Shown piece by piece: positions 28,591 through 41,627 of a stretch of 64,000 bases of DNA. The position numbers and the translations under genes were made by a program. The notes beneath the pieces are model-generated. The model saw only the letters and a list, made by a program, of their open reading frames with translations. It did no database searches and was not told the origin of the DNA. The stretch comes from Octopus vulgaris (taxonomy: Eukaryota). Numbering within the stretch: the first letter of the stretch is position 1; each line of letters opens with the position of its first letter. The DNA lies in the NCBI GenBank assembly GCA_951406725.2, contig OX597818.1:77190001-77254000 (forward strand), given 5' to 3'.

Positions 28591-29789
28591 AATTAAATTA
28601 AAACAGATTGCATCTATCTGTTTTAAAATCCCTGTCCCATGTGCTCCTTACCATTCCATTCTCTCACATATTCTTGTCCAGTTGCCAAATGATGATTACG
28701 CATTGCTAAGCTGAGTCTCATTTTGATCCTTCATTCACTCATTCCCCATTAACACTTTAAATGTACTGTTTACTAACAGCTAATTTTTCTCAGAAGCTAA
28801 CTAATTAAATTAGGATAATTACTCATCTCTTGGCCTGTTTAATTTCTTATTCCTCGTTTCTCTAGTTTAATTTCTCATCCACCATGAACACTATGAATGT
28901 ATACTATACTAAACAGTCCTGCTCCTTTCGTTCGATCCTTGCACCATTTCCCCAAATTAAACTTGTTTGTTCACGGTGCACCCACCCTGTCCCACCCCCA
29001 CCACCAATACCGGATTGGATATCTCGATCTTTATCTTCTCACCATTTACACTGGATATTTCTCTCTCCTCCCATCACCATTACCTGATGTATTTTCTCTC
29101 CGCTGCTCCTCCTCACTGAGCTGTTCTCTATAATTTACCTGCACTCTTCCTCTCTCTCTCTCTCTCTCTCTCTCCTGGGGCATATGCAGTTGCCCTTCGT
29201 TTCGTTCTGTCTAGTGATTTCTCACCACCATTACCAGATGTCTCTTCTCTCAATCTCCCCTCCTCTCTGGTGCGGTTTTCTATGCTACCTGCACCCCAAC
29301 TCTCTTCCCAAAAAACACAACTAGGTTAGCTGCCCACCTACTTAACTGACTATCCTTCATTTCATTGTTTTCCGTCTAGAAATATTCCAACAACTACCCA
29401 ATAATTTTCCATGCACACATCAAGTGAAGGAAACAGCTAATGTGTTGTATGTGTGTGCTTGTTCGCCTGTATCTGTGCGTGCATGCTTGTGCGTGTGTAT
29501 GGATGAACTTGCTTCCTCTCTCTCTGTCTGAAATCACCCCCCAACCCCCCACCCCCCACCCCCTTACGATGACCAAAATGATTATACTCACAATGCCGCT
29601 AACACCTAAAACACCTAATCCTACCTCTAGTAGGGGCTATAATCTTAATCCTAACACACTTGAATGTTTGAATGATGTCAGGTCGGAAGTGAGAACAGAT
29701 GATGCATGCCTAAAAAATGAACATGACAACCTCCCTCTTCTTTTTAGGCACTGAATAACATCTCTCCTCCCTAAGCCTCACCCCACATT

Positions 29790-32555
29790 CCTTTCCCAGT
29801 TTTCAAAGTCGGCACAGTCAATGTAGGCACAATGAAAGGTAGGTCTAGTGAGATTGTAGAGATGCATGCATGAAAGGAGACGTGTCAATATGTGCTGCAT
29901 ACAAGAGGTAAGATGGAGAGGAGCTTCAGCTAGGGTCCTCACAGGCACAGCACATAGGTACAAAATCTTCTGCCAAGGTAATACGGATGGAGTGGGGGGT
30001 GTAGTTATATTCCTTGTGGAGAAATGGGTGGATAAAGTCATAGAGATTGTCAGGGTATGCGATAGAGTGCTTAAGCTTAGGCTAGTCCTGCAGAACAGCA
30101 CAGCTACAATTATCTCTGCCTACACCCCACAAATGGGCCTACCAAATGATCAGAAGGAACATTTTTATGATACCCTTCTACAGGCTACCTCAAAGACGAG
30201 TGGCAATGACCTCATCTTTGCAGCTGGGGATTTTAATGGGCATGTTGGGCAGCAATCTGGTATCTTCACTGGTGTACACGGGGGCCATGGTATTGGTTCC
30301 CAAAACGACAAGGGAACTAGGCTACTGAAGTTCTGTGATGCATGTGACCTTTTAATCTGCAACACTAATTTCAGGAAACCAGACAGCCACCTGATAGTCT
30401 ATCAATCAGGTGACTCTGCTAGCCAGATTGATTTCATCCTCACCGGACAGTGGGACGCAGGGTTGCTCTAAAATACATAGACCCTCCTGGGTGAAGAATA
30501 TATCCCTCAGCATAGGCTAGTCATTAGTGACTTTAGGCTCGAGGCCAGAAGGATACCAAAAAGCAAACCAAAGGATTTGGAAGCTAAAGAACCCTTCATA
30601 TGATCAGAAATTTAGAGACATCCTCATCAAGAAATTTGATGGGAAGGAGGAGGAGCTACAGACATCGTACATAGAAGGTAGCTGGAAATTCCTATGGGAC
30701 AGCTTGCTGAGTGCCACAGACCAAGTCTGCGGATGGTGCAAATAGTATGGTAGACAAAGCTATTAGAGCAAAGAAACAGGCCTGGAAAGTTTGGAAGGGC
30801 AGGGATAGCAGGGAACTGTACCAGGTAGCCAAAAGGGAGGCTGGGTGGCAGGTATACATAGCCAAGGATGAAGCAGAAAAGAAGTTTGCCAATGTCCAGT
30901 GATGTGAGGACCAAAGAACTGAAGTTTTCCAGATTGCAAGACAATGTGTGAGAGAAAATTGTGATGTCACAAGAGACAAATGTGTCCACATGGATGATGG
31001 TGTACTTGCTTTTAATGATTCAGAAAAGAAAGAGACTTGGAGAAGCCATTATGAAATGGCTGAGATGCTTAAAACATCTGGTGGTGTGGGCTATGGCTTA
31101 GTCATCCGCATTGTAAACCTGGTAGTTCATGATGGAGTTATACCAAATGACTGGCATAGCAGCACTATAATCAACTGCTTCAAGGGTAAAGGGGATACTC
31201 TAGATAGAAATAACTACAGGGGTATCAAACTGTTGGATCAGGTGATGAAGGTCATAGCCAATCTCCTTAGGGAGACAGTCTGCTTAGATGAGATGCGTGC
31301 CGAGTAGAAGCACCACTGATGCCATATTCATGGTTCGACAACTGCAGGAGAAATACCTAGCTAAAGATAAACCCCTATACTTAGCTTTTGTGGACTTGGA
31401 GAAAGCCTTTTGACAGTGTCCCCAATTCCTTATCTGGTGGGCGATGCTGAAACTGGAAATTGACGAATGGTTAATAAGGTCTGTGCAGGCCCTATAGAGA
31501 GAGGCCATTAGTAAGGTTATGATTGGGTAGAAGTAGGTGCCCATCAAGATTCAACCCTCAGTCCCCTTTTATTCATCATAGTCCTCCAAGCAATAACAGA
31601 TGAATTCAAGACAGGTTGCCTCTAGGAGCTCCTTTATGCTGATGACCTGGCCCTCATAGCAGAATCACTACCAGAACTAGAAAAGAAATTTCGGGTGTGG
31701 AAGCAAAGTTTAGAATCAAAAGGCCTTAGAGTCAATGTAGCAAAGACCAAAGTTCTAGTAAGTAGAAAGGTGAACACATCCCACACACCCTCAGGTAGGT
31801 GGGCCTGCTCGATCTGTAGAAAAGGTGTAGGTAGAAACTCCATAAGATGTACTCAGTGTAAGCTATGGGCACATAAGAGGTGCAGCAACATCAAAAGAAG
31901 ATTAACCTAGGAGATAGCTTTCATGTGTGGCAGAAGCACAGGGGCAATAAACAACACAGATGCTCAGAAAATAGATTCCATCACACTCCAGGGGGAGAAA
32001 CTAGAAGTAGTTAATAGCTTCCGCTACCTAGGTGACCAAATTAGTAGTGGGGGTGGATGCTCAGAGAGTGTTACCACTAGAATAAGAATAGCCAGGGTAA
32101 AATTTAGAAAGCTTCTACTCCTACTGGTGACAAAGGGCCTCTCGCTCAGAGTGAAAGGTAGATTGTACAATGCATGTGTGTGAACTGCCATCCTACACAG
32201 CAGTGAAACATGGGCCATGACTGCAGAGGACATGTTTTGGCTCAAAAGAAATGAAGCTAGCATGATCCACTGGATGTGTAATGTCAGTGTGCACACATGA
32301 CAGAGTGTGAGCGCCCTGAGAGAAATGTTGGACATAAGAAGCATAGGATGTGGTGTGCAAGAGAGACGTTTGCACTGGTATGGTCATGTATGGATGGGGT
32401 GAGATGTGTGAAGAAGTGCCACTCCCAAACAGTTGAAGGAATCTGGAGTAGAGGCAGACCCAGGAAGACATGGAATGAGGTGGTGAAGCATGACCTTTGA
32501 ATGTTGGGCCTCACAGAGGTAATGATGAAAGACCAAGACCTCTGAAGATATGCTT
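29790..32555 (+). mobile_element. Near full-length degenerate RTE LINE (APE endonuclease, RT, PHD-like finger)
   Basis: CIQEVRW, GVGGV, ISAYTPQ, GDFNGHVG, SQIDFIL (APE); downstream RT motifs including YADD at ~31635; many stops and frameshifts. Confidence 0.92.
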
Positions 32556-32939
32556 TATATCTTTTTTTTGTTGACTAATGGATGTAAGAGAGACAATCAA
32601 TTTCTGAAAGTTACTTTGCAAAGAGTTACCTCCCTTTCCCACGTAGCCCAGGAACAGATGTTTTCTGCCCCTAGGGGGCCCATTACTCATTATGTGAAAA
32701 CTTTTAAGGGTCTAAAACCATCCCTGGAACACCAGTAGTGTATGTTCCCAGTTTGGAGAAAATCAGTTGAAAAATACAGCCGTTATAATCTTTTACACAC
32801 ACACACAGACAGAACAGGATTTATATTATAGATACGATGGACTTCTTTCAGTTTTTGTCCAGCAAATCTGTTCACATGGCTTTGGTTGGCTTGAGGCTAT
32901 AGTAGAAGACACTTGTCCATGCATCTGCCAAGTTTGTGC

Positions 32940-33298
32940 CAAAACTGCTTTCAGCTGACCAAAAAGACACTCAGGTTTCAGTTGGCCAAAATCTTGTTGA
33001 TTGTGTTGAGAACAATGAAAATGTTTAGAAAATTTGTGCGGGCAGGTATCACCAAGCTTTTGGCAAAATTTGATGCAGATTTTTTGCTCAACTTTCTCTG
33101 TCATGGTCAATGCTACAATCACATGCTACACACCCTATTTGCAAGCACTGCTGTAAACAGTGGAAGTGAGCTAAAATGTAAAAACTTAGGGCACATGCAC
33201 AACAGGGTTCAAGGTCAATTTGTGCCTAGTGGCTTTACTCTGCATGTTTTAGCTTCATTACTATGGCAACAGTCCGGATACTTATTGATCAGACCACA
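32940..33298 (-). mobile_element. Mariner-derived non-autonomous fragment
   Basis: Terminus ta-TGTGGTCTGATCAATAAGTATCCGGACT and N-terminal peptide MTEKVEQKICIKFCQKLG. Confidence 0.7.
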
Positions 33299-33719
33299 TA
33301 TATCTTCATTTTTATAATATCGGACCTCAAAGCACACATAAAGTGATAAATAGTAGCTAATAAATATTGAGTTGAAAACCTTTTGGATAGAAAATGTCAA
33401 TGGCTGCCCTTAGAACTTGAACCCACATTTCCTGAAGACCTGTCTGCAGGAGATGTCTATATATAGCTTTCTGTGTGCTTTGAGATCTACTATTCCAAAA
33501 AATGAATTATTTCACATTCTTACAAAAAGTTATAAAATGGCCCTGCCCCTCTCAAAATTCATTGTCTTGCAAGTTACTTGGTGACCCTGCCAGTGCCGAT
33601 TCTATGTAAAAAGCATCCAGTCCATACTGTAAAAAGTGTGCCATGTAAAAAAGCATCCAGTCTACATGGGTGCCTTTCACATTTCAGTAGCTCTGACCAT
33701 GACTATGATTCGATTAAGC

Positions 33720-34808
33720 TTAAGATGTTTTCTCAAGCACAACAAATAACCAAAAGTCTTGGTCACTTGTCATTGCTTCTGTGAGACTCAACATCTGAAG
33801 ATCATACTTCATTACCTCATCCCATGACTTTCTGGGTTTAACTCTTCCACAGGTTTCCTCCACAGTTAGAGATTGGAACCTGTTTACACAGCTGCCCTCA
33901 TCCATATGCATCACATGACCATATCAGTGCAGTCTTATCTCTTGTACACATCTGATGCCTCTTATACCCAATTTTTCTCTCAAAATGCTTGCAGTTTGTC
34001 ATATATGTACATTAACATTGCACATCCAATGAAGTATACTAGCTTCATTTCTTTCAAACCTTTGCATGTCCTCTGCATTCGTGGCCCATGTTTCACTACC
34101 ATGTAGTATGGCTGTTCACACACAGACATCATACAATCTGCATTTCACTCTGAGGGAAATGCCCTTTGTTATCAAAATGGCAGAAGCTTTCTGAACTTTT
34201 CCCTGTTTATTCTTATTCCAGCAGCTATGTTCTCACAGTGCCCACCTCCACTACTGACTTGGTCATATGGTAATGGAAGCTATCAACTACTTCTAAGTAT
34301 CCCCCCACCACCCAAACATTTAATGAAGTCTATTTTCTGTACATATTTCTAGTGTTGATTGTATCTATACACCTGCCACACAAAAAGACTACTTTCACTG
34401 TTAAGCTTCCTCTGATACTGCTGCACCTCTTATATATCCGTAGCTTGCACTGGGTACACCTTATGGAGTTTCTACTGATATCTTTTCTATAACTCGAGCA
34501 GGGCCATCTCCCTGAAGGGATTTGTGATTTCTCTGTTTTCCTACATGCTAGTACTTTGGTCTTTGCTGAATTAACTCTAAAGCACTTTGATTCCAAACCT
34601 TGCTTTCACACTTGAAATATCTTTTCTATTTCTGGTAGTGATTCAGCTATGAGAACAAGATCATCAGCAAAGAGGAGCTCCCAAAGGCAGCCAATCTTAA
34701 ATTCCTTTGTTATAGCTTGGAAGACTGTGAAGCACAAGAGGGGGCAAAGAATTGATCCTTGACAAACTCTTACTTGTACACTGAATTATTGTGATACTCA
34801 TTGCCAAT
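33720..34808 (-). mobile_element. Degenerate RTE LINE 3' half
   Basis: GRWPCS..IRCTQCKL..RCS, GRVKPRKSWDEV. Confidence 0.85.
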
Positions 34809-35164
34809 ATTTATATAAAAATATATATAATAATATTCAATTTCAAAATTAAATGCAGTGCTAGTATTGTAAACATTATCAACCACACATACTCAATATA
34901 TGTGTTTTGCTTGTTTGCCAATTTACTGTGAGGTGTTTTGACACCCAGTGCTAAGAGGGAGTTGTCTCCAGAGTGCTGTACTTATTTTTATTCTTTTAAG
35001 CACAATGCTTATTCTGTTAGTCACTTTTGCTGAACCGTTAAGGTAAGGGAATGTAAACACACCAATACCATTTGTCAAGCAGTGGTGGAGGACAAACACA
35101 AACACACACATACACTCTTAGGCACACACACATAAAATACACACACACACACATGCACACGAGT

Positions 35165-35320
35165 ACAAATTAATAGAAAGCAAAAGATGAAGACAAGTAA
35201 AAGAGCAACAAGCAGGTGTATTAATTTAACGCTCAAGAAGAATGGGAAAGTCTTTGACATTTCAACCTTAGGCTCTTCAGCAGAAAGGACTGAGAGGGAA
35301 AAAAATGTGTAAGGATTATA
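35165..35320 (-). ncRNA. Hammerhead-bearing short repeat (family B), degenerate motif 35252-35287
   Basis: Minus strand: cttt-CTGCTGA-a-GAGC ctaa GgTt-GAAAt-GTC-aaag. Confidence 0.5.
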
Positions 35321-35649
35321 CAATGGACATCTTTCGGTTTCTGTTTACTCACTAGGCTTTAGTTGGCCTGCAACTATGTGGTTGGGAAGCAAAATTCTTA
35401 CCCCATAGCCACACCTGTGCCTGTGTAATTATATATATATATTAAAGGAAATAGAGAAATACAATTGACATATTATAAATTTATAACCATTATAATATAA
35501 TATAATTATACTATAAAATAAATATAACATAATATAATGTAACTAGCAGAATTGCCCAGCGTTGCTCGGGGCTGAATTGCTTGAAAGTACTGTTAATGAT
35601 TGCACTGAATTATGATGATTATTCAGGCAAATATTGATATAAGTTTATG

Positions 35650-36160
35650 GTGGGAGATAAGGACTTAACGATCAAACGTGTGCCATTGCATTGTTTTGAG
35701 GGAACCAAATATCTGATGAGCATTATAGGGGCACCAACTTTAAGTTTGAGAAAGTGTGGTGGTAGTCCGGGGTGCTCAAAGGAATTGAGTACCTCTATTG
35801 GATAGTTGATGACGTCCTCTGGGTCAGGAGTTGTATCGATAGACTGATATACATAGACTTCCCCAGGAATGAGTTTTAGCATTTCATCATTAATATGGTG
35901 AACAGTTTTATTCCTCGGGGCCAGTATAGCCTTTTTGCCAATCCAATCCATATTCTGATAATTAGCTTGTAGATCTGGGAACACTGCATCTCTGAGATCA
36001 GAAGGCGTCTTAACAAAGGTACAAATAGAATCGATGGCAATATTACCAGTTTCATCCCCTGGTATTTTGGCTTCGCCAAATGCAAGGAGGGTGTGAGGAA
36101 ATGCTGCTGATGTGATATTACGTCGCATATGAGCACGCATATTGGTGTGAAGTTTGAAAG
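35650..36160 (-). pseudogene. Helitron PIF1-family helicase fragment
   Basis: KLHTNMR, AILAPRN..IN, YPIEVLNS..PGLPPHFLKLKVGAPIMLIR..CNGTRLIV. Confidence 0.92.
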
Positions 36161-36388
36161 TTACTTCCCTTTATTTAAAAAATATGCATTAAAATGGAAA
36201 AAAATTATGGTAAATTATTTGTAAAATCGTAGACTCATCGTAGACGCGCGCTAATACCCAGAAGGGCTCGATATGAATCACGACTATAAGACACCCGGTT
36301 TTGGTTAAACTGCATCGCAAAATGTGGGAGTAGTTAGGAATCTAAATCGGAGTAGACAGATACACAACCTTTCTTTTATATATAAATA

Positions 36389-36910
36389 TTTTCATCCTAA
36401 AAAACTTTGTATGGATTGAATGGTTACCTCTATGGAAATATATACACGCACATTATACATACATGTGTGTATAGATGAATATATAAATACATTTAAATAT
36501 CTATATACACTTTTGGGCGATCTTTCTTTTTCTTAGAGATAACTTTAGATCTTATTTTCGTCCTAAAAAACTTTGTGCGGAGTGAATGGTTACGTCTATG
36601 GAAATATATACACACACATTATACATACATCTGTGTATAGATGAATATATAAATACATTTAAATATCTATATACACTTTTGGGCGATCTTTCTGCTACTT
36701 GGATATACTTTAGATCTTATATTCGTCCTAAATAACTTTGTATGGAGTGAATGGTTACCTCTATGGAAATATATACACACACATTATACATACATCTGTG
36801 TATAGATGAATATATAAATACATTTAAATATCTATATACACTTTTGGGCGATCTTTCTGCTACTTGGATATACTTTAGATCTTATATTCGTCCTAAAAAA
36901 CTTTGTATGA
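36389..36910. repeat. Tandem repeat, ~165-bp unit x3.2
   Basis: tcctaaa..actttgt anchor at 36395, 36561, 36726 and 36891. Confidence 0.92.
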
Positions 36911-37913
36911 ATTGCAAAAGAAAATGAATTGAAATTTTTAAGAAAGGAATTTGTTTACATACATGTGTGAAATGACAAATGTTTGTGCAGTTGTCCGAAA
37001 TGGAAGCAGGGTAAATGTGTGGAACTGATGTATAATAATGAATAGTCCTTCTTGTTGTGAATATTAATTTGATGAATATGAACTGAAAACCAGTGGTGTA
37101 GCAAAAAGGATGACCAGTCTGACTGGCTCATCCCTGTCACACACTCACACACACGCACACACACACACACGCATCCTCACACACACACACACGCACACAC
37201 ACACACACTCACACACATTAGCTTACAATTTTATTTATATATTTGCGTGTCTATGTGTGTAAAGAGGAAGTGGGAATGCAGAGTAAAGGCTTTGAAGTGA
37301 AATGGTAGTTTTCTCGAATTTTTTCTGAAATGGGGGTGAAATTGAAAGAAATTTTGTATGTCATGACCGAATGGAAGTACTTTGAAAAATCATAGGTAAA
37401 CTCTAATTGAAGAAATTGTGTGAGGAGTAAATCGTTATGTATTTATTTGTTTCTGTTTGCTGTGTTTTTTTTTGAGTAGTGGTTTAAGGTACACTTGCAA
37501 AGAGAAAGTGGGAGAAATTAGGGTGATAGCATGAGTGATCCGTTTTATATAAATACTTTCACTTTAATCATTGCACACTTGCAAAGAGAAAGGAGGAGAA
37601 ATTAGGGTGATAGCGTGAGTGAAGCAGATCGCTCCGTTTTTGTGTGTGTGTGTGTGTGTGTGTGCTGTAGCCCACACTAAGAAAAGCACTTCAGTTACAC
37701 ACCACAATGTGAGTTTTCTCGAAATTTTGCTTAACTGGGGTTGAAATTTGAAAAACTGGACCTGGCACGACCCGATGTATTCTACTCTTAAAAATGCTAG
37801 GTAAATTGTAATTGAAGAAATCCTATATTGTAGATTTCTATAAGAGACAAAGGGAGGCAGATAAAATCTGCCTTTTATAATAAGAGATATAACAAATAAA
37901 TAAAACAAATATA

Positions 37914-37996
37914 TAACCTACAATCTGTTTCAATTCATATCAACTAGTGAATTTATAAAAAATTCACATTTATGTATATGGATCTCATCAGGGTAA
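37914..37996 (-). ncRNA. Type I hammerhead ribozyme motif with intact core and long stem II
   Basis: Minus strand: tacc-CTGATGA-gatccatat..gtgaattt/aaattcac..atatgaatt-GAAAC-agatt-GTA-ggtt. Confidence 0.7.
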
Positions 37997-39482
37997 TCTC
38001 TTATTATAAAAGGCAGATTTTATCTGCCTCCCTTTGTCTCTTATAGAAATCTACAATATAGGATTTCTTCAATTACAATTTACCTAGCATTTTTAAGAGT
38101 AGAATAAATCGGGTCGTGCCAGGTCCAGTTTTTCAAATTTCAACCCCAATTAAGCAAAATTTAGAGAAAACTCACATTGTGGTGTGTTAGTCAAGTGCTT
38201 TTCTTAGTGTGGGCTATAGCACATGCGCACACACACACACAAAAAGGGAGCGATCTGCTTCACTCACGCTATCACTCTAATTTCTACGACTTTCTCTTTG
38301 CAAGTTTGCAACGATTAAAGTGAAAACAGTGAATCCGAGAGCTCCGACAGCGATAAAGAAAATGAATTGGCACCTGAATGGAGTGAAAATTTAAAAACTG
38401 TTTCTTTCGGTGATTTTTCTGAAGAAACTGGACCAAGCCACAGACTTTCCCAGAAGAGTAAAGCCTTAGACTATTTCTTTTTACTTTTTCGAATTAGCCC
38501 ATTTGAAATCATTACGGCGGAAACGAACTGTTACGCTAAACGTAAACAAAGCGAAAGAAAGGATAGTTTGTTATTTCCCACAACCTTAAATGAAATTAAG
38601 GCCTATTTTGCCATAAATATTATTATGGGTATCAGAAAGTTACCCAGAATAACAAATTCTATCGTAAAATTTTGTTGTATACCCAATTGAATATTAGCTA
38701 ATAACCCATTTTCTATAGCGATGTTTGAACAAAATTTTAATAATTTTATATATTGTTGAATTTACCTGTATCTACCTGCAATTAGAGTCACTTTATGACA
38801 AAAATTATAGTATAGAATTGGTTGAGAACATTTCATTAAATTATCTTCCAAAATTCATGTTAATATATTGATAAATAAAAAAGTTATAGTTGTTTAATGA
38901 AACCAGACTAAATTTATGATTACGTTAGAAAATAATTGAAACACATAAGGGGTGTATTTTGGTCAGAAATATAGTAACGAAAGGGTTAAGAAAAACCAAA
39001 AAATATTTTATTCTTTATAAATGTTGTGTTCAAAATAACATTTTCTTTTAAGAATGTGTATATAACAAAGTATGTGTATATAACTACGTGGCTTATATCT
39101 TTATATATAAAAGTGAAGTTGTGTGTCTGTCTCCTACGATTTAGATTCGTAACTACTCCCACATTTTGCGGTGCAGTGTAACCAAAACCGGTTATCTTAT
39201 AGTCGTGATTCATATCGAGCCCTTCTGGGTATTAGCGCGCGTCTACGATGAGTCTACGATTTAAAAATATTTACCATCATATTTTTCCATTTAATGCATT
39301 TTTTCGCTATTATATAAGGGAAGTAACTCTCTAAAAATATCTACGATGTGTCAACGATTTAAAAAAAAAATTTACCTTAATTTTTTTTCCATTTTTAATG
39401 CATTTTTTGGCTATAACTCTCTAAAAACTCTTATATTGTTATTTCCCTTACAAACCCGAGCAACGCCGGGCGATACTGCTAG
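37997..39482 (+). mobile_element. Composite Helitron carrying a piggyBac fragment
   Basis: A|TCTCTTATTATAAAAGG start, second 5' end at ~39097, 3' cccgagcaacgccggg..CTAG|T. Confidence 0.88.
38367..38655 (+). pseudogene. piggyBac (PGBD-like) transposase N-terminal fragment
   Basis: F.E.TGP..ALDYFFLLF..EIITAETNCYA..TTLNEIKAYFAINIIMGIRKLPRI; a piggyBac-like end (AAAGGG-TTAA) follows at ~38988. Confidence 0.8.
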
Positions 39483-39688
39483 TATTTGTTAAAAAATAGA
39501 CAAAAATTTCATGCAAGGACTACTAAATCATAGCATAGACTATTTTATGATTTAGCAGTCCTTGCATAAAATTTTTGTTTATTTTTTGGCAAGTATATAT
39601 TTTTTTATAAATTCACTGGTGGATATGAATTGAAGCAAATTGTAGGATATATATTTGTTTTATTTATTTGTTATATTATATTATACTA

Positions 39689-40052
39689 CTAGCAATTTGA
39701 CCCGGCAACGCCGGGTCATACTGCTAGTGCATGCATATACAGCTGTGTGCATGTGCACATACATGTGAGCACTGTCCAAATCTCCAACCAATCACATACA
39801 GCTAGCTGGCATTCAATTGGCGTATCAAGTTTCGGGCATTTTGATTGGGTTTGGGATAGAAAATTCACAAAAAAGTCACTTCTATTGATTTTTTAATGGC
39901 TTTGCGGGGTGACTGGGGAAATGTAAAGATGTGCACGACCACCCTTGGACAGTTTTGAATGACCATAGAAAGTGTGAGCCCTCTAACTGAAAAATTGTGG
40001 ATTCGTATAAAGGACACGCACACAGACGTTTTGCCGTTTATATATATAGAGA
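39689..40052 (-). mobile_element. Short non-autonomous Helitron
   Basis: Minus strand TCTCTATATATATAAACGG start; 3' palindrome tgacccgg/ccgggtca next to CTAG. Confidence 0.78.
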
Positions 40053-40057
40053 TATTT

Positions 40058-41340
40058 CATCATCATCATCATCATCATCATCGTTTAGCGTCCGGTTTCC
40101 ATGCTAGCATGGGTTGGACGGTTCTACTGGGGTCTGTGAAGCCAGAAGGCTTCATCAGGCCCAGTCAAATCTGGCAGTGTTTCTACGGCTGGATGCCCTT
40201 CCTAACGCCAACCACTCCGTGAGTGTAGTGGGTGCTTTTTACGTGCCACCCGCACTGGTGCCAGACAGAGCTGGCAAACGGCCACGAACGGATGGTGCTT
40301 TTTATGTGCCACCGGCACGAGGGCCAGGCGAGGCTGGCAACGGACACGAAACGGGGCGGTGCTGGCAACGGTCGCGGAACGGAAAGTTCTCTTACATGCC
40401 ACCGGCACTGGTAACACATCTGCAATTTCCATTGATCGATTTCCATTGATCGATTTCGATTCTGATCGTCACTTGCCTCAACGGGTCTTCACAAGCAGAG
40501 TTTTGACATGCCACCGGCACTGGTAGCACATCCGCAATTTCCATTGATCGATTTCGATTCTGATCCTCACTTGCCTCATCACGTCTTCACAAGTAGAGTT
40601 TTGTGTCCCAAGAAGGGAAGGTATGCATACGTAGGCTGGCTCCATCCCATGTAGAAGGCCACGGGTTATGGACTCACTTGTCCTGCCGGGTCTTCTCGCG
40701 CACAGCACACTTCCAGAGGTCTCGGTCTCTAGTCATTTCCTCAGTGAGACCTAAAGTTCGAAGGTCGTGCTTCACCACCTCGTCCCAGGTTTTCCTGGGT
40801 CTGCCTCTTCCACAGGTTCCCTCAACCGCTAGGGTGTGGCACTTTTTCACACAACTATCTTCATCCATTCTCGCCACATGACCATACCAGCGCAAACGTC
40901 TCTCTTGCACACCACAACTGATGCTTCTTAGGTCCAGCTTTTCTCTCAAGGTACTTACACTCTGCCGAGTGTGAGTACCGGCATTACACATCCATCGGAG
41001 CATACTGGCTTCATTTCTAGCGAGCTTACGCATATCCTCAGCAGTCACGGCCCATGTTTCACTGCCATGTAGCATGGCTGTTCGTACACACGCATCATAC
41101 AGTCTGCCTTTCACTCTGTGCGAGAGGCCTTTTGTCACCAGCAGAGGTAAGAGCTCTCTGAACTTTGCCCAAGCTATTCTTACTCTAGCAGTTACACTTT
41201 CAGCACACCCGCCCCCGCTGCTGACTTGGTCACCTAGGTAACGGAAACTATCAACTATTTCTAGTTTTTCTCCCTGGAAAGTGACGGAAGTTGGTCTCAG
41301 AGCATTTTCAGTGTTTATTGTTCCTGAGCATCTGCCACAT
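40058..41340 (-). mobile_element. 5'-truncated RTE LINE (C-terminal ORF plus 3'UTR)
   Basis: ORF 40674-41138 is near-identical to the C-terminus of 26242-27591; (GAT)n tail. Confidence 0.93.
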
Positions 41341-41627
41341 TATATTATATTACATTTATAATATAATATAATATTTTATCTTTTTATAGTATAATTATAT
41401 TATAATGTTAATAAATTTATATGTCAATTGTATTTCTCTATTTCCTTTAATATTTATTTATTGAAATTATACCATTTGAGTTCTCATTTTTTCTATATTA
41501 TATTGTGGTATTTAACCGAAGAACCAGTGAAAATTGGATGTTTTCCATCCCTTTGAAGGAATTTGTCTTTTCCTTGGATTGAATAATAAAAATAATAATG
41601 ATATATATATATATATATATATATATG

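Larger units (their letters stand above)
35543..37887 (-). mobile_element. Composite Helitron with PIF1 helicase fragment and internal satellite
   Basis: Minus strand: 5' TCTCTTATTATAAAAGG at 37887, 3' hairpin cccgagcaacgctggg plus CTAG at 35543, A|T target site, secondary 5' end near 36387. Confidence 0.82.
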
